The translations under genes were made by a program, and so were the position numbers. The notes below the pieces were generated by a model. That model was given only the letters and a program-made list of their open reading frames with translations. It did not search any database and was not told the origin of the DNA. DNA of 64,000 bases, from IMG/VR virus record IMGVR_UViG_3300024270_000002; one strand, written 5' to 3'. The stretch comes from a virus. Lineage: Duplodnaviria; Caudoviricetes. Positions 16,959 to 27,117 of the stretch are shown here, in pieces (position 1 is the first letter of the stretch; each line of letters begins with the position of its first letter).

Positions 16959-18686
16959 TTGATAAGAATATTTGAAATATCTCCGGGAAAAAAGATTTCT
17001 GGGTTATCAACACTAATCATTGATTTTGACTTCAATCAATATATAGTAGATGCCCTAAAGACCCTCCCTACCTATCACTACCATAAACGTGAGAAATGTT
17101 GGGAAGTGCCTTTGTGTTACCTTGGCAGAGTTTTAGATAGTCTTACTTTCTTGGATGATATACAGCTTAAACTTTTAGATACACCGGAATCTGACGGATT
17201 TCGTTTACACAGAAAATATAATCTCGATGCTCTTTCCGAGATTGAGAAGATTTCGTTTAAGGCTTCCCCTTTCACTCATCAGTTAGAGGCAGTAGATTTC
17301 TTACTTAAACAGGAGAAGTCTTTATTGCTTGACGGCTGTGGAGTTGGTAAGAGTCTTGAGATGATCCTGTTCGCAGAAACTCTCAAGAAGCGAGGGATTA
17401 TAGATCATTGTCTCGTAATTACCGGAATTGCCGGGCTTAGGGGGAACTGGGAGAGGGAGATTCAGAAGTTTTCGACCGAGTCGGTCGTCACTATCGGAAA
17501 GTATGTTACTAGAACCGGAAGTACTAGGTATCGTTCTATGGTTAAGAGAGCGGAGCAGCTTAAGAACAAGATCGATGAGTTCTTCGTCCTCCTTAATGTT
17601 GAGTCTATTCGAGATCCTAAGATTGTCGAAGCAATTAAGACTTCAGAAAATAAATTTGGGTTAATAGCTTTCGATGAGTCTCATAAGATCGGAGCTCCGG
17701 ATACTACTCAGTATAATAATCTGATGAAGCTAGACGCCGACTTTAAGGTAGCTGCTACCGGCACTTTGATAGTTAATAGCCCACTCTCTGCTTATCCTAG
17801 TTTAAAGTTCACTGATAATGAAAGTGCAACACTTACTAATTTCAAATCTCAATATTGCGCTTTTGGTGGCTATGGAAATAAACAGATTATTGGGTCTAAG
17901 AACCTTGAAGTACTTCGAGAGGAAATAGCTAACTGCTCTATTCGCCGGACTCTCTATGATGTTCGTAAGGATATTCCCGAACTCACTATAGATGTAGAGT
18001 ATCTTGAGATGGAAGAGGATCAGCAGAAGTTCTACGAAGCTATTAAGGAAGGAGTCAAGGAAGAAGCAGATAAGATTGACCTTAAAGCCGGAAACCTTCT
18101 TGCTCTTACTACCAGACTTCGTCAGGCCACTGCTTGTCCGAGCGTTCTTACTACTCAAGCTATTGAATCTATAAAGGTTAATCGAGCTTTTGAGTATATT
18201 GAAGAGATCACTTCTCAAGGTGAGAAAGTAGTAGTATTCTCGATGTTTAAAGAACCTCTTCATCAACTCGCAGCGAAATTAGACGGATTTCGTTATAGTT
18301 TAAATACTGGTGACGTTCCAGATCCAGTAGCTTTCCAAAACATGGTTAGATTTCAAGAAGATCCTAATGAGCAAGTCTTCTTGGGAACTTTCGGTAAGGC
18401 CGGCACCGGATTCACCCTAAATGCTTCTATGTATTTAATATGTATTGATACACCTTATACTTTCTCACTATTTGAACAAGGGTACCAAAGAGTGCATAGA
18501 ATTTCTAATACTCGTCCTGCCTTTATTAAGGTACTCTGTTGTAGCGAGACCATAGATGAGAGAGTTCAGCAGATTATAGAAACTAAAAAGGAACTTGGTG
18601 AGTACTTAGTAGATGGCGTCGAGGGAGACGGAAACTATGACAACAGACTTACTGACGAGCTCAGAGCAATCATTAGAGACCTCTAA
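16959..18686 (+). CDS. SNF2-family (SF2) helicase/ATPase
   Basis: Walker A GVGKS, DESH, ATGT, RLRQAT, KVVVFS, GTGFTL and QRVHR motifs. Confidence 0.9.
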   Translation: MIRIFEISPGKKISGLSTLIIDFDFNQYIVDALKTLPTYHYHKREKCWEVPLCYLGRVLDSLTFLDDIQLKLLDTPESDGFRLHRKYNLDALSEIEKISFKASPFTHQLEAVDFLLKQEKSLLLDGCGVGKSLEMILFAETLKKRGIIDHCLVITGIAGLRGNWEREIQKFSTESVVTIGKYVTRTGSTRYRSMVKRAEQLKNKIDEFFVLLNVESIRDPKIVEAIKTSENKFGLIAFDESHKIGAPDTTQYNNLMKLDADFKVAATGTLIVNSPLSAYPSLKFTDNESATLTNFKSQYCAFGGYGNKQIIGSKNLEVLREEIANCSIRRTLYDVRKDIPELTIDVEYLEMEEDQQKFYEAIKEGVKEEADKIDLKAGNLLALTTRLRQATACPSVLTTQAIESIKVNRAFEYIEEITSQGEKVVVFSMFKEPLHQLAAKLDGFRYSLNTGDVPDPVAFQNMVRFQEDPNEQVFLGTFGKAGTGFTLNASMYLICIDTPYTFSLFEQGYQRVHRISNTRPAFIKVLCCSETIDERVQQIIETKKELGEYLVDGVEGDGNYDNRLTDELRAIIRDL

Positions 18687-19080
18687 AGAAGCAAAGCAGC
18701 TCGGGCTCGTAATTAGATATGATACTATAAGGTACAGGGGTTATGAGATCAATTTTCTCTCTGACCCCTCTGGTGTTCAATGCTTCGCACAATGGGAGGG
18801 GAAGCTCGTTGACCTAGGCCTTAACAATATATATTATAAGGAAGACATGTGTAAGTTCGTAGACCGCGAGCTAGACCTTATTACTGACTTCCGAGATTCG
18901 CCAAATTTCGTTGGTGCAAAGTTAGAGTATTTCCATAACGGCGACTTTAGAGATATTAAGCTTTCTTACAAAGGTAGGATACTTAAGATCTTCTTAGTCG
19001 CCGGACTGGTGAATGAAACTCGGATAATTTCAGAATCAGAAAGAATACTACGAACTTCTGGCTTATTAGATGAGATTTGA
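18613..19080 (+). CDS. Hypothetical protein (start uncertain)
   Basis: Fills the space between the helicase and the next gene. Confidence 0.6.
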   Translation: MASRETETMTTDLLTSSEQSLETSKEAKQLGLVIRYDTIRYRGYEINFLSDPSGVQCFAQWEGKLVDLGLNNIYYKEDMCKFVDRELDLITDFRDSPNFVGAKLEYFHNGDFRDIKLSYKGRILKIFLVAGLVNETRIISESERILRTSGLLDEI

Positions 19081-19129
19081 TCAATTTCAGTTTGCTAAAT
19101 TATATGATTACTTTTTAGGAGATACGAAA

Positions 19130-20434
19130 ATGATTCAATACATTTATTTTGTAAAGTGCCCAAACTGTGAAGACGAGCACTTTGATTTCTTTGACGAAGC
19201 AAAAGAGTTTGCTCTTAGTTGCTTAAGTAATAAACCTATTATCACTCAGACCGAAGTATGTCGCAATGACTTCGGTGAATGTACTGACTCCGCTGACCTC
19301 GGAACCGTCTGGTCTTGGGAAGATATGATGAAAGAGGCTGAGCCTGAAGATACAGTATTTTCTAAGGACGAAACTTTCGGAATTTCAGAAGGTCTCGATG
19401 ACTTCGACGATTTTGACATTGGTCCTCAGATTGACGAATTTGACAATTCCTTAGATTTTGATTTCGAGGACGATTCTACCGAGACTCTCTGGGTTGCCGA
19501 GAACCTTAATGGTGGTGAGATCGTAGCTGCTTGCTGGGCGGATTCCGAAGATCTCGCTCACAGACTTCTATCTCAGGCATTCCGTGAGAGAACCGGTGGA
19601 GACCTAAAAGATTGCTATATTCGTGAAGCAGAAGCTGATGAACCTGACTATATTACAGATAATCCTAACTTACTCGCAGAAGCTTGCTCTGAACGAAAGC
19701 CGATTCCTGAAGGCATGACTATCGAGCAGCTAGTAGAAGAGATGGAAGAGAACGAGGATACAGTAGAGTGTACTTGGTGTGAAGAACTCTTTGATAAGAG
19801 TGAGTGTCGTAAGGAAGTTAATCTCGGCTGGCTCTGTAGTAGATGCGAAGCTGCTATAAAGTCTAGAGGCGAAACTCTTACCTTTAGAGAGAACAACTAT
19901 TGGGATTTCTTGGACGAAGCTGCTACTGGTAAGCGGGTACGATTAGTTCATAATAGCTCAAAGTATCATAGTGATGGCGAGCCATATCAGTTATTTGATC
20001 TTAAAAAACTATTTAAGAGTAGTGACATTCGTGACCTTGACACTGGTAGTATTAATCTTATCGCAAAGTTTGATAACAACTGTAAGGTTATTCAGGAGAC
20101 TGATAAGGCTTACTTAGTGACGGTACCTTGCTATTATCGTAATCAACAGGACCGTTCGAAATTTGAAGAGCGTCCAAAGTATATTAGATGCTGGGTACCT
20201 AAAATACAGACAGAGCTTATTAATGAGTCTATTAGTGAGGACCCTAATGACGTAGAAACTCTTCTTGACCTCGGTAATGAATACGACGGTGGTTATCCTG
20301 CTGATAATAAGTTAGCAGAGCTTGAAGAAGCAGCTGACTACAGAAAGCATTTAGACCTTTGTCCTGAGTGCGGCGGAGAAAACGCATTTGACCACGAGAC
20401 AGGTTTCTGTCTTGACTGTGGATTTAATCTTTGA
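19130..20434 (+). CDS. Acidic multi-Zn-finger protein, putative internal head protein
   Basis: True start at ATG 19130 (AGGAG RBS, GCTAAATTA at 19094); CxxC pairs; LAE/LDE/INE/ISE/LEE motifs between modules. Confidence 0.6.
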   Translation: MIQYIYFVKCPNCEDEHFDFFDEAKEFALSCLSNKPIITQTEVCRNDFGECTDSADLGTVWSWEDMMKEAEPEDTVFSKDETFGISEGLDDFDDFDIGPQIDEFDNSLDFDFEDDSTETLWVAENLNGGEIVAACWADSEDLAHRLLSQAFRERTGGDLKDCYIREAEADEPDYITDNPNLLAEACSERKPIPEGMTIEQLVEEMEENEDTVECTWCEELFDKSECRKEVNLGWLCSRCEAAIKSRGETLTFRENNYWDFLDEAATGKRVRLVHNSSKYHSDGEPYQLFDLKKLFKSSDIRDLDTGSINLIAKFDNNCKVIQETDKAYLVTVPCYYRNQQDRSKFEERPKYIRCWVPKIQTELINESISEDPNDVETLLDLGNEYDGGYPADNKLAELEEAADYRKHLDLCPECGGENAFDHETGFCLDCGFNL

Positions 20435-20550
20435 TAAATTGAATAATCTAATAAGTCTCAGGTTAGAAGATTCATTTTAATATATTGTTTTATAGATGAG
20501 AGGACTTCTATATTACGAAAATAAAAATACTAATAGGATGGTAAATTAAA

Positions 20551-21057
20551 ATGACTAAGAATACTGAAAAGAATAATAACATTGGATACTCTTTTTATTC
20601 GAGAGTACTCGAGAAACCTTTTGATTCCTTGAGTGAGCTCACTGCTGCTGAAGCAAAGCATGCTGCAGAGCTTAAGGCTAAGGAAGATGCCGCTGCTAAA
20701 AAGAGAGCAGATGCTAAGGCAGTTGAGGATGCTTTTAAGGCACTCAATGCCGCACGTAAGACTTATAAGGAAGAGCTTACTCAGCTTACAAAAGAGTACG
20801 CTGAATCTCTTGAGAATCTTAAGAAAGCTTTTGAGCTTGGTAAGAAGGACATATCTAATAAGCTTGCTGCTGCGGAGACTACCTTTGATGAAGCTCTTAA
20901 GGCTTTTCAGACAAAGTACCCAGAGGGCTATCACCTTACTCTCAAAGATGGTGATTTCGAGACCACTATCAGTGGCAGCTCTAAAACTGGTTCCAACGTA
21001 CAGGTACCGAAGACCAGTAATATTTTTGACATCTTTGATTGGATGTTTAGTTTCTAA
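20551..21057 (+). CDS. Ala/Lys-rich coiled-coil protein
   Basis: Heptad-rich composition. Confidence 0.7.
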   Translation: MTKNTEKNNNIGYSFYSRVLEKPFDSLSELTAAEAKHAAELKAKEDAAAKKRADAKAVEDAFKALNAARKTYKEELTQLTKEYAESLENLKKAFELGKKDISNKLAAAETTFDEALKAFQTKYPEGYHLTLKDGDFETTISGSSKTGSNVQVPKTSNIFDIFDWMFSF

Positions 21058-21120
21058 TAAATACATAAAAAATTACTGAGACAATTTCAAAAATTTCAAT
21101 TTTTTATTGTATAATATAAC

Positions 21121-21195
21121 ATAAGATGAAAATCTTGTAAACAAGTTTCCTCCTTTGTTTCGTGCGCCGGATGTTTCCTCCCGTCCGGCGCTATT
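21121..21195 (+). ncRNA. Candidate sRNA or structured leader with two GUUUCCUCC anti-SD loops
   Basis: Promoter at 21107; hairpins aagat-GAAA-atctt, aaacaa-gtttcctcct-ttgttt and gcgccggat-gtttcctccc-gtccggcgc. Confidence 0.65.
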
Positions 21196-21219
21196 ATTAT
21201 AATTTAAGGATTTTACAAA

Positions 21220-21588
21220 ATGCAAAATGTAGAAGCACAAGAACTTTTATTACAAATATTAGAACAAGCTCAAGAAGGTAAGGTTACTGAATTTCACCTT
21301 ATCATGACTATGAGTGAATGTAAATTTTACTACCGTCGGTACAGAGCTGATAAGCTGATTATTAGGACACTAAAGTCTGCTGCAAAAAGACTCTATAAGA
21401 CTTACTGTAAAGAGGTAAGAATAGGAACGGCAGATGCTGGTAAGCTATTTGCTTACGTACAGCTACAGGAAGTTATTAATTTCTACACGCGAGATCTTAC
21501 AACAATAAAACAGATGTTATCAGAATATGATGAATATCTAGGTCAGGGAAATTTTTGGTATTCTTTTTTGGGTGGCGAGAGACGATAA
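21220..21588 (+). CDS. Hypothetical protein
   Basis: ORF with an AAGGA RBS. Confidence 0.65.
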   Translation: MQNVEAQELLLQILEQAQEGKVTEFHLIMTMSECKFYYRRYRADKLIIRTLKSAAKRLYKTYCKEVRIGTADAGKLFAYVQLQEVINFYTRDLTTIKQMLSEYDEYLGQGNFWYSFLGGERR

Positions 21589-21601
21589 CAGGAGTTATAT
21601 T

Positions 21602-21826
21602 ATGGAACATTCATTAACAACTTTATTTCATGCTTATGCAGATCAGGAAAAGCCGCCGGTAATAGAACTTCTTAGTATAGATAAAAAGCCGGTGGGGGCA
21701 ATTTATTTTGATAAGTTAAGATATAAAAACTTTATAGTATCCGAAACAAACAACTCTGAAAAATATTATTTATATGTTGATGGTTTAGGAATTTATTTCT
21801 CATTTTATCAAAAAATAACACCTTAA
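21602..21826 (+). CDS. Hypothetical protein
   Basis: AGGAG RBS before ATG 21602. Confidence 0.6.
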   Translation: MEHSLTTLFHAYADQEKPPVIELLSIDKKPVGAIYFDKLRYKNFIVSETNNSEKYYLYVDGLGIYFSFYQKITP

Positions 21827-21842
21827 TTATCGTATAATACTA

Positions 21843-21932
21843 TAGGTGAGTGCGAGTATGTGGTGTCATTGGCATCTGGGGCGATGAGGTAAAACTCGTC
21901 GTCCCACCTCCTTTTTAGGGCCTTAACCTATT
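21843..21932 (+). ncRNA. Candidate structured RNA upstream of nrdD with CACCUCCUUU
   Basis: Promoter at 21830; GC-rich hairpin ggggcgatgag/ctcgtcgtccc; closing taggt/accta. Confidence 0.5.
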
Positions 21933-22005
21933 ATCGTAATTGGCTAAATTAAGTACAAGAGTTTCTACTCTTTAGACATAATATTTTAAAAGAAAGGTTT
22001 AATTT

Positions 22006-24228
22006 ATGCAAAGAGTTATTAAGCGTGATGGTCGCGAAGTTGACTTTAATAAAGCTAAGATTATTGAAGCAATTTCATGTGCTAATCAAGAAATTATTAA
22101 ATCAAAGCAGATCGGTCCGCGTAAGATTAATCAGCTTGCAAACATTGTAGAAGAGAAGTGCGCCGAGTATAAGAGAGCAATTAAGGTCGAAGACATTAAC
22201 GATCTTATTGAAGACGAACTTATCTTCCGAAATTACAACGATCTCGTTCGTGCCTTTATTAAGTATAGACATAATAAAGAGTTAGTTAGAAAGTCTAATA
22301 CTACCGATGATTCAATACTCAGTTTGATTAACCTCAGCAATGAGGAACTAAAGCAGGAGAACTCGAATAAGAATCCGGTCGTTAATTCTACTCAGAGAGA
22401 CTACATGGCTGGCGAAGTATCCAAGGATCTTACTCGCAGACTTCTTCTACCTAAGGATGTAGTGAAGGCACACGATGAAGGAGTACTTCATTTCCATGAC
22501 TCAGATTACTTCGTTCAGAAGATGCATAATTGTGATCTAGTTAATCTGGAAGACATGCTTCAGAACGGTACCGTCGTCAGTGGTACTCTGATTGAGAAAC
22601 CACACAGTTTCTCTACTGCCTGTAATGTGGCTACACAGATCATCGCACAGGTTTCTAGTAACCAGTATGGTGGACAGAGCATCACTCTCTCTCACCTGGC
22701 TCCATTCGTAGACATTAGTAGACAGAAGATCCGTAAAGAAGTAGAGGAAGAGCAGAGACTTGCCTGTAATAAAACATATAATATGAACTTAGTAGAGTTC
22801 TCGGATACAATGAAAGCTGTAATTGAAGAAATTACAGAAAAGCGAGTTCGAGCAGAAGTAAAGCGCGGAGTACAGACGATCCAGTATCAGGTTAATACTC
22901 TACTTACTACTAACGGTCAAGCCCCATTTATTACCGTCTTCATGTATCTCAATGAAGTAGAAGATAAGCAAACCAAGAAAGACCTGGCGATGATCATTGA
23001 GGAAGTTCTTCTTCAGAGATATGAAGGAGTTAAGAATGAAAAGGGAGTTTGGATTACCCCGGCTTTCCCGAAGCTCATCTATGTTCTAGAAGAAGATAAT
23101 ATCTACGATACCTCTGAGTACTGGTACCTTACCAAGCTTGCTGCTAAATGCTCAGCTAAGCGTTTAGTACCTGACTACATAAGTGAGAAGATCATGAAGG
23201 AGCTTAAGGATGGATACTGCTTCCCGGTTATGGGATGTAGATCTGCTCTTAGCCCTTGGTACGATGAAAACGGAAAAGCGAAATTCTACGGTCGCTGGAA
23301 TAAAGGAGTAGTTACTGTTAACCTTGTAGACGTAGCATGTAGTGCTGCAGGAGAAAATTATGCTAAGGACATGAATAGTTTCTGGAAGAACTTTGATGAG
23401 GTTCTTGAGCTCTGTCATAAAGCCTTGCTTTGCCGCTATGAGAGACTCAAAGGAACTGTCAGTGATGTAGCTCCTATTCTGTGGCAGCACGGTGCTATTT
23501 CTAGACTTAAGAAAGGTGAGACCATTGATAAGATGCTTACTGGAGGATACTCTTCTATTAGCCTAGGGTATGCCGGTTTGTGGGAGTGTGTAGTAGAACT
23601 TATCGGTAAGGATCTACTAACTGACGAAGGCCAGAAACTCGGACTTGAGATCATGGAACACATGAATAAGAAGTGTGATGAGTGGAACGCTGAGCTTAAC
23701 CTCGGGTTCGGAATCTATGGAACTCCTCTCGAGAGTACTACATATAAGTTCGCCAGATGTTTGCAGAAGAGATATGGCGAAATCCCAAGAGTTACAGATC
23801 GAAACTATATTACCAATAGCTATCACGTACATGTAGAGGCTCCGGTAGATCCGTTTAGAAAACTCGAGATTGAAGGTAAGTTCCAAAGATTATCTAAGGG
23901 TGGAGCGATCAGTTATATCGAGAGTGCTAATTTGGAAAATAATCTTGCAGCAGCCTTGACTGTAATTCGTTACATCTATGATAACATCATGTATGCGGAA
24001 ATTAACACTAAATCTGATTACTGTCAGAAGTGCGGTTGGGATAAAGAAATTAAGATTGTAGAAGATGATTCAGGTAAGCTGGTTTGGGAGTGCCCTAACT
24101 GTGGTAACAGAGATCAGTCTACTATGAATGTTGCTAGGAGAACTTGCGGTTATATCGGAACTCAGTATTGGAACGCCGGAAGAACTGAAGAAATTAAATC
24201 AAGATATGTTCATCTTGGTGGTAACTAA
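22006..24228 (+). CDS. nrdD: Anaerobic (class III) ribonucleoside-triphosphate reductase
   Basis: ATP cone (VIKRDGR), MGCRS, YITNSYH, CxxC...CPNCG and glycyl-radical RRTCGYIG motifs. Confidence 0.97.
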   Translation: MQRVIKRDGREVDFNKAKIIEAISCANQEIIKSKQIGPRKINQLANIVEEKCAEYKRAIKVEDINDLIEDELIFRNYNDLVRAFIKYRHNKELVRKSNTTDDSILSLINLSNEELKQENSNKNPVVNSTQRDYMAGEVSKDLTRRLLLPKDVVKAHDEGVLHFHDSDYFVQKMHNCDLVNLEDMLQNGTVVSGTLIEKPHSFSTACNVATQIIAQVSSNQYGGQSITLSHLAPFVDISRQKIRKEVEEEQRLACNKTYNMNLVEFSDTMKAVIEEITEKRVRAEVKRGVQTIQYQVNTLLTTNGQAPFITVFMYLNEVEDKQTKKDLAMIIEEVLLQRYEGVKNEKGVWITPAFPKLIYVLEEDNIYDTSEYWYLTKLAAKCSAKRLVPDYISEKIMKELKDGYCFPVMGCRSALSPWYDENGKAKFYGRWNKGVVTVNLVDVACSAAGENYAKDMNSFWKNFDEVLELCHKALLCRYERLKGTVSDVAPILWQHGAISRLKKGETIDKMLTGGYSSISLGYAGLWECVVELIGKDLLTDEGQKLGLEIMEHMNKKCDEWNAELNLGFGIYGTPLESTTYKFARCLQKRYGEIPRVTDRNYITNSYHVHVEAPVDPFRKLEIEGKFQRLSKGGAISYIESANLENNLAAALTVIRYIYDNIMYAEINTKSDYCQKCGWDKEIKIVEDDSGKLVWECPNCGNRDQSTMNVARRTCGYIGTQYWNAGRTEEIKSRYVHLGGN

Positions 24229-24332
24229 TTAAATTGATAACGTTTGTAATTATAGACAAAACCTGACATTTTGTTTATTTTTACAAACGTTATTTTTTTT
24301 TATTAGCCTACTAATATTTATTACAAAGGCTA

Positions 24333-24361
24333 TTTACAAATCTTACCAATTGTGTTATACT
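24333..24361 (+). promoter_or_regulatory. SigmaA-type early promoter TTTACA-N17-TATAAT/TATACT; other copies at 24795, 25996, 26218, 27052, 30838, 31802, 40756, 41756, 43739, 44408, 45092, 48491
   Basis: Invariant TTTACA -35, exact 17-nt spacer and a frequent TG-n extension. Confidence 0.85.
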
Positions 24362-24398
24362 ATACTTATAAGGTTAATAATTTTAAGGAGGTAGCATT

Positions 24399-24749
24399 AT
24401 GAGTATAGTAAAGGATTTATTAACTAAGGAAGAACAGAGGTCAGTACATAGAATGTTAGAGATTCTACCAGAGGATGCTCCTTTATGTTATGAGGTGTGG
24501 GCTATAGGTTATTATAATAGAAGAGTTACTGATACTACTTTCTTGCTTCGAGTCTTTACAGACCCGGAAGATGCTATAGAATACGCGAAGCTTGAAGCAC
24601 CGCAGGAACTCAGAAGAATCTTATTAGAAGCTGACTTAAGTACTTTTAATGCTGTTGCCCTTGAAGTCGAGACAGTTATTGATGACAACGAAGAAGGCAC
24701 TATAAATATTTGTACATTATATAAAAAGATGTTTATTATTAAATCCTAG
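24399..24749 (+). CDS. Hypothetical protein, paralog of 25384
   Basis: Shared YEVWAIGY...FxxPxxA...EVETV motifs. Confidence 0.75.
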   Translation: MSIVKDLLTKEEQRSVHRMLEILPEDAPLCYEVWAIGYYNRRVTDTTFLLRVFTDPEDAIEYAKLEAPQELRRILLEADLSTFNAVALEVETVIDDNEEGTINICTLYKKMFIIKS

Positions 24750-24857
24750 CTGAAAATGCTAGGATTTTTTATTAAACTCTGTTAGTTTTGTCGGTTTACA
24801 AATTCATTAAAATATGTTATAATATAAATGTAAGAAAAACAATGGAGGAAACTAAAT

Positions 24858-25097
24858 ATGGAAATTAAGAATGTTACGGAAGATATGGACTGGAGCGGCT
24901 GGCTGGTAAGACCTAAGTCTGAATGGCTTAATCCCGGAGAGGAAGCTCACCCTTATGTAGTTCTTGAAGACAGAGGTCCGAGAGTACTGATTCAGCTTCT
25001 TCCTCAGTATCAGCCTAAGAATCTTACCTTCCCTTGTGTAGAGTCCGGGCTTAAAGACTGGTATGAAGTAATTGATAAGGAGATTCAAACGAGATGA
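24858..25097 (+). CDS. Early hypothetical protein (candidate target of the 21121 sRNA)
   Basis: Early promoter at 24795; GGAGGAAAC RBS. Confidence 0.75.
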   Translation: MEIKNVTEDMDWSGWLVRPKSEWLNPGEEAHPYVVLEDRGPRVLIQLLPQYQPKNLTFPCVESGLKDWYEVIDKEIQTR

Positions 25098-25276
25098 AAC
25101 AGAAAGTACATATTATTAAAATGAAGAAACCCGATAACATCATTCAGGTTAAGATCGATATTACGACTGTTCCTTCTAAGGACAGAAAGTATTCGAGGCT
25201 CAGAAATAAAGCTCAGGTCTTTGACGACCGCCGTTTTCGTAAACCCAAATATAAGAAAAATTATTTGGATGATTAA
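25094..25276 (+). CDS. Small basic hypothetical protein
   Basis: ATGA overlap with the upstream gene. Confidence 0.6.
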   Translation: MKQKVHIIKMKKPDNIIQVKIDITTVPSKDRKYSRLRNKAQVFDDRRFRKPKYKKNYLDD

Positions 25277-25383
25277 TAATTTGTTTACGATGTGTTAGCA
25301 CATTTCGTGTCGGAATACGTTATAATATATTTGTAAGTTTAATAAACAAACTAACTACTTAATAATTTTTGGAGGAAGCAAAA

Positions 25384-25992
25384 ATGAATGTAAAAGAATT
25401 GTTTGAGAATAAGGAACTTATGGAATCTATCGTTGAGGACATTGACGAGCTTCCTGAAGATACTGAGGTTGTCTATGAAGTGTGGGCCATTGGTTATGAC
25501 AGTGAGGATGACTGCACTGAGGCAGAAGTTCTTGTCGGCGAGTTTGATAATCCTGACGAAGCAGTTGCCTGCGCAGATAAAGTAACTATCGAGCAGCTCA
25601 ATGAGATTGGTTACGAGTGCCCTATTCCCGGCACAGCTTACTTCTCTATCGAGGTAGAAACTGTTGTCGAAGATCCTGAAGACGAATGCGGCGGTACTAT
25701 GAATATCGGTACTGTCTACTCGAGAGACCTTTGGATCGATGGTGAATATGGTACTGACGAAGATGCTCCTGACTATGGAGATCCTGTTGTAGCAGTTGCT
25801 GAAGGTGATTATGAGCTTCTTGAAGATGGTACTCTTAAGCTGAGTGCTAAGTTCTTGAAGGGCTTTAATAAGAACGATACGATCAGAGTTCAGTTTATTG
25901 TGGAGCCTGATGTTGACTTGCTTCCTTATAAGATTATGTCTAAGGTAGAATACGCTGATGGTGATTATTACCATTGCGAATTGATGCTCTAA
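25384..25992 (+). CDS. Acidic hypothetical protein, paralog of 24399
   Basis: YEVWAIGY and EVETV motifs. Confidence 0.75.
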   Translation: MNVKELFENKELMESIVEDIDELPEDTEVVYEVWAIGYDSEDDCTEAEVLVGEFDNPDEAVACADKVTIEQLNEIGYECPIPGTAYFSIEVETVVEDPEDECGGTMNIGTVYSRDLWIDGEYGTDEDAPDYGDPVVAVAEGDYELLEDGTLKLSAKFLKGFNKNDTIRVQFIVEPDVDLLPYKIMSKVEYADGDYYHCELML

Positions 25993-26029
25993 GGGTTTAC
26001 AAAGCAATTCCTTCATTATATAATAAGAG

Positions 26030-26165
26030 AGTGTTCCAAACACAACCTATTATATTCAAACGTTATTCAGTAGGCTCATAAGGAAGAGCAGTGGCAGCAT
26101 CCTCATACTAATTACCTTAACTCCTTCAATCCCCCGAGTTAGCTCTTCCTTATGCTGTCTTCTAC
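26030..26165 (+). ncRNA. Candidate early sRNA with a C-rich loop
   Basis: Promoter at 25996-26024 with no downstream gene; 13-bp stem cataaggaagagc/gctcttccttatg enclosing taactc-cttcaatccccc-gagtta. Confidence 0.6.
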
Positions 26166-26288
26166 ATATTGCATAAAAACAAATAAAATAATTTTGAAAC
26201 TTCGGTTGTTTTGTCAGTTTACAAATCGGCCTTTTTGTGATATAATTATATACGTAAGAAACACGTACATATTTAGGAGGAAAAGAAT

Positions 26289-27020
26289 ATGTTTTACAAA
26301 ACCGGTGTTGACATTTCGAACGTAAAATCCATGTGGGAGTTCTTGCACAGTCACCCTACATACTCTACGATGAACTCGTGGAACGGACACAAGTCCATAG
26401 CACATAATGTTAAACTCTATAACCTCAATCTCGAAGGAGACTGGACGAGAGTTCTTAACTTCCTGCACGATGAAGCAGACTGCGGGCAGCTTCAGATGTT
26501 TATTTCTGATGAGATTTCTGAATTCAATAGAGCTAATCCTTGTTATAGAGCATGTTTCAACGGTCGCTCTAGCGGCTATCTCGTACTTTATAATAAAGAT
26601 AACTATCACACCGTTCTTCCTGATTGCCTCGGCTATGACTGCTATGAAGATTTTAAGGAAGATTACACCGGCTATGGTTACTCTGTCTCAGACTGTATGT
26701 ACGAACTCAGAGAGACCACTAAGTTGGTAAGAGAGTTCGACAAACTTTGTGACCGACTTAGAGACCTCGTGAACGGTTACTCTAAGGAGGATACCTTCGA
26801 CAAATGTAAACTCGAAGACGCTGTAGATAGATTCAATTATAACTACGGAGATGACCTTGACTCTCTCGACCTCGAAGGCCCTGAGGTAGAAGATGACCAC
26901 GTTAATCTGAATGATATCGCGTATTATGCCGCATTTATGGAATGCTTTGAGAATTGTCTCGGTGATGATAAAAGAAGAGCTTATACTAACAGTGATAAGC
27001 TTTATCTTAAGAAGAACTGA
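26289..27020 (+). CDS. Early hypothetical protein
   Basis: Promoter at 26218; AGGAGG RBS. Confidence 0.75.
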   Translation: MFYKTGVDISNVKSMWEFLHSHPTYSTMNSWNGHKSIAHNVKLYNLNLEGDWTRVLNFLHDEADCGQLQMFISDEISEFNRANPCYRACFNGRSSGYLVLYNKDNYHTVLPDCLGYDCYEDFKEDYTGYGYSVSDCMYELRETTKLVREFDKLCDRLRDLVNGYSKEDTFDKCKLEDAVDRFNYNYGDDLDSLDLEGPEVEDDHVNLNDIAYYAAFMECFENCLGDDKRRAYTNSDKLYLKKN

Positions 27021-27117
27021 GATTATTAACAATTTGTTTACATAAGAAGTATTTACAAATGTCTAATTTTGTGTTATAATGTAATATACTAAAGATTTTT
27101 TTTGGGGGAATATACTA

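Noticed and set aside
19070-19129. Annotated N-terminal extension of the 454-aa ORF
   Set aside because: This stretch contains the GCTAAATTA promoter and the RBS, so the true start is more likely 19130.
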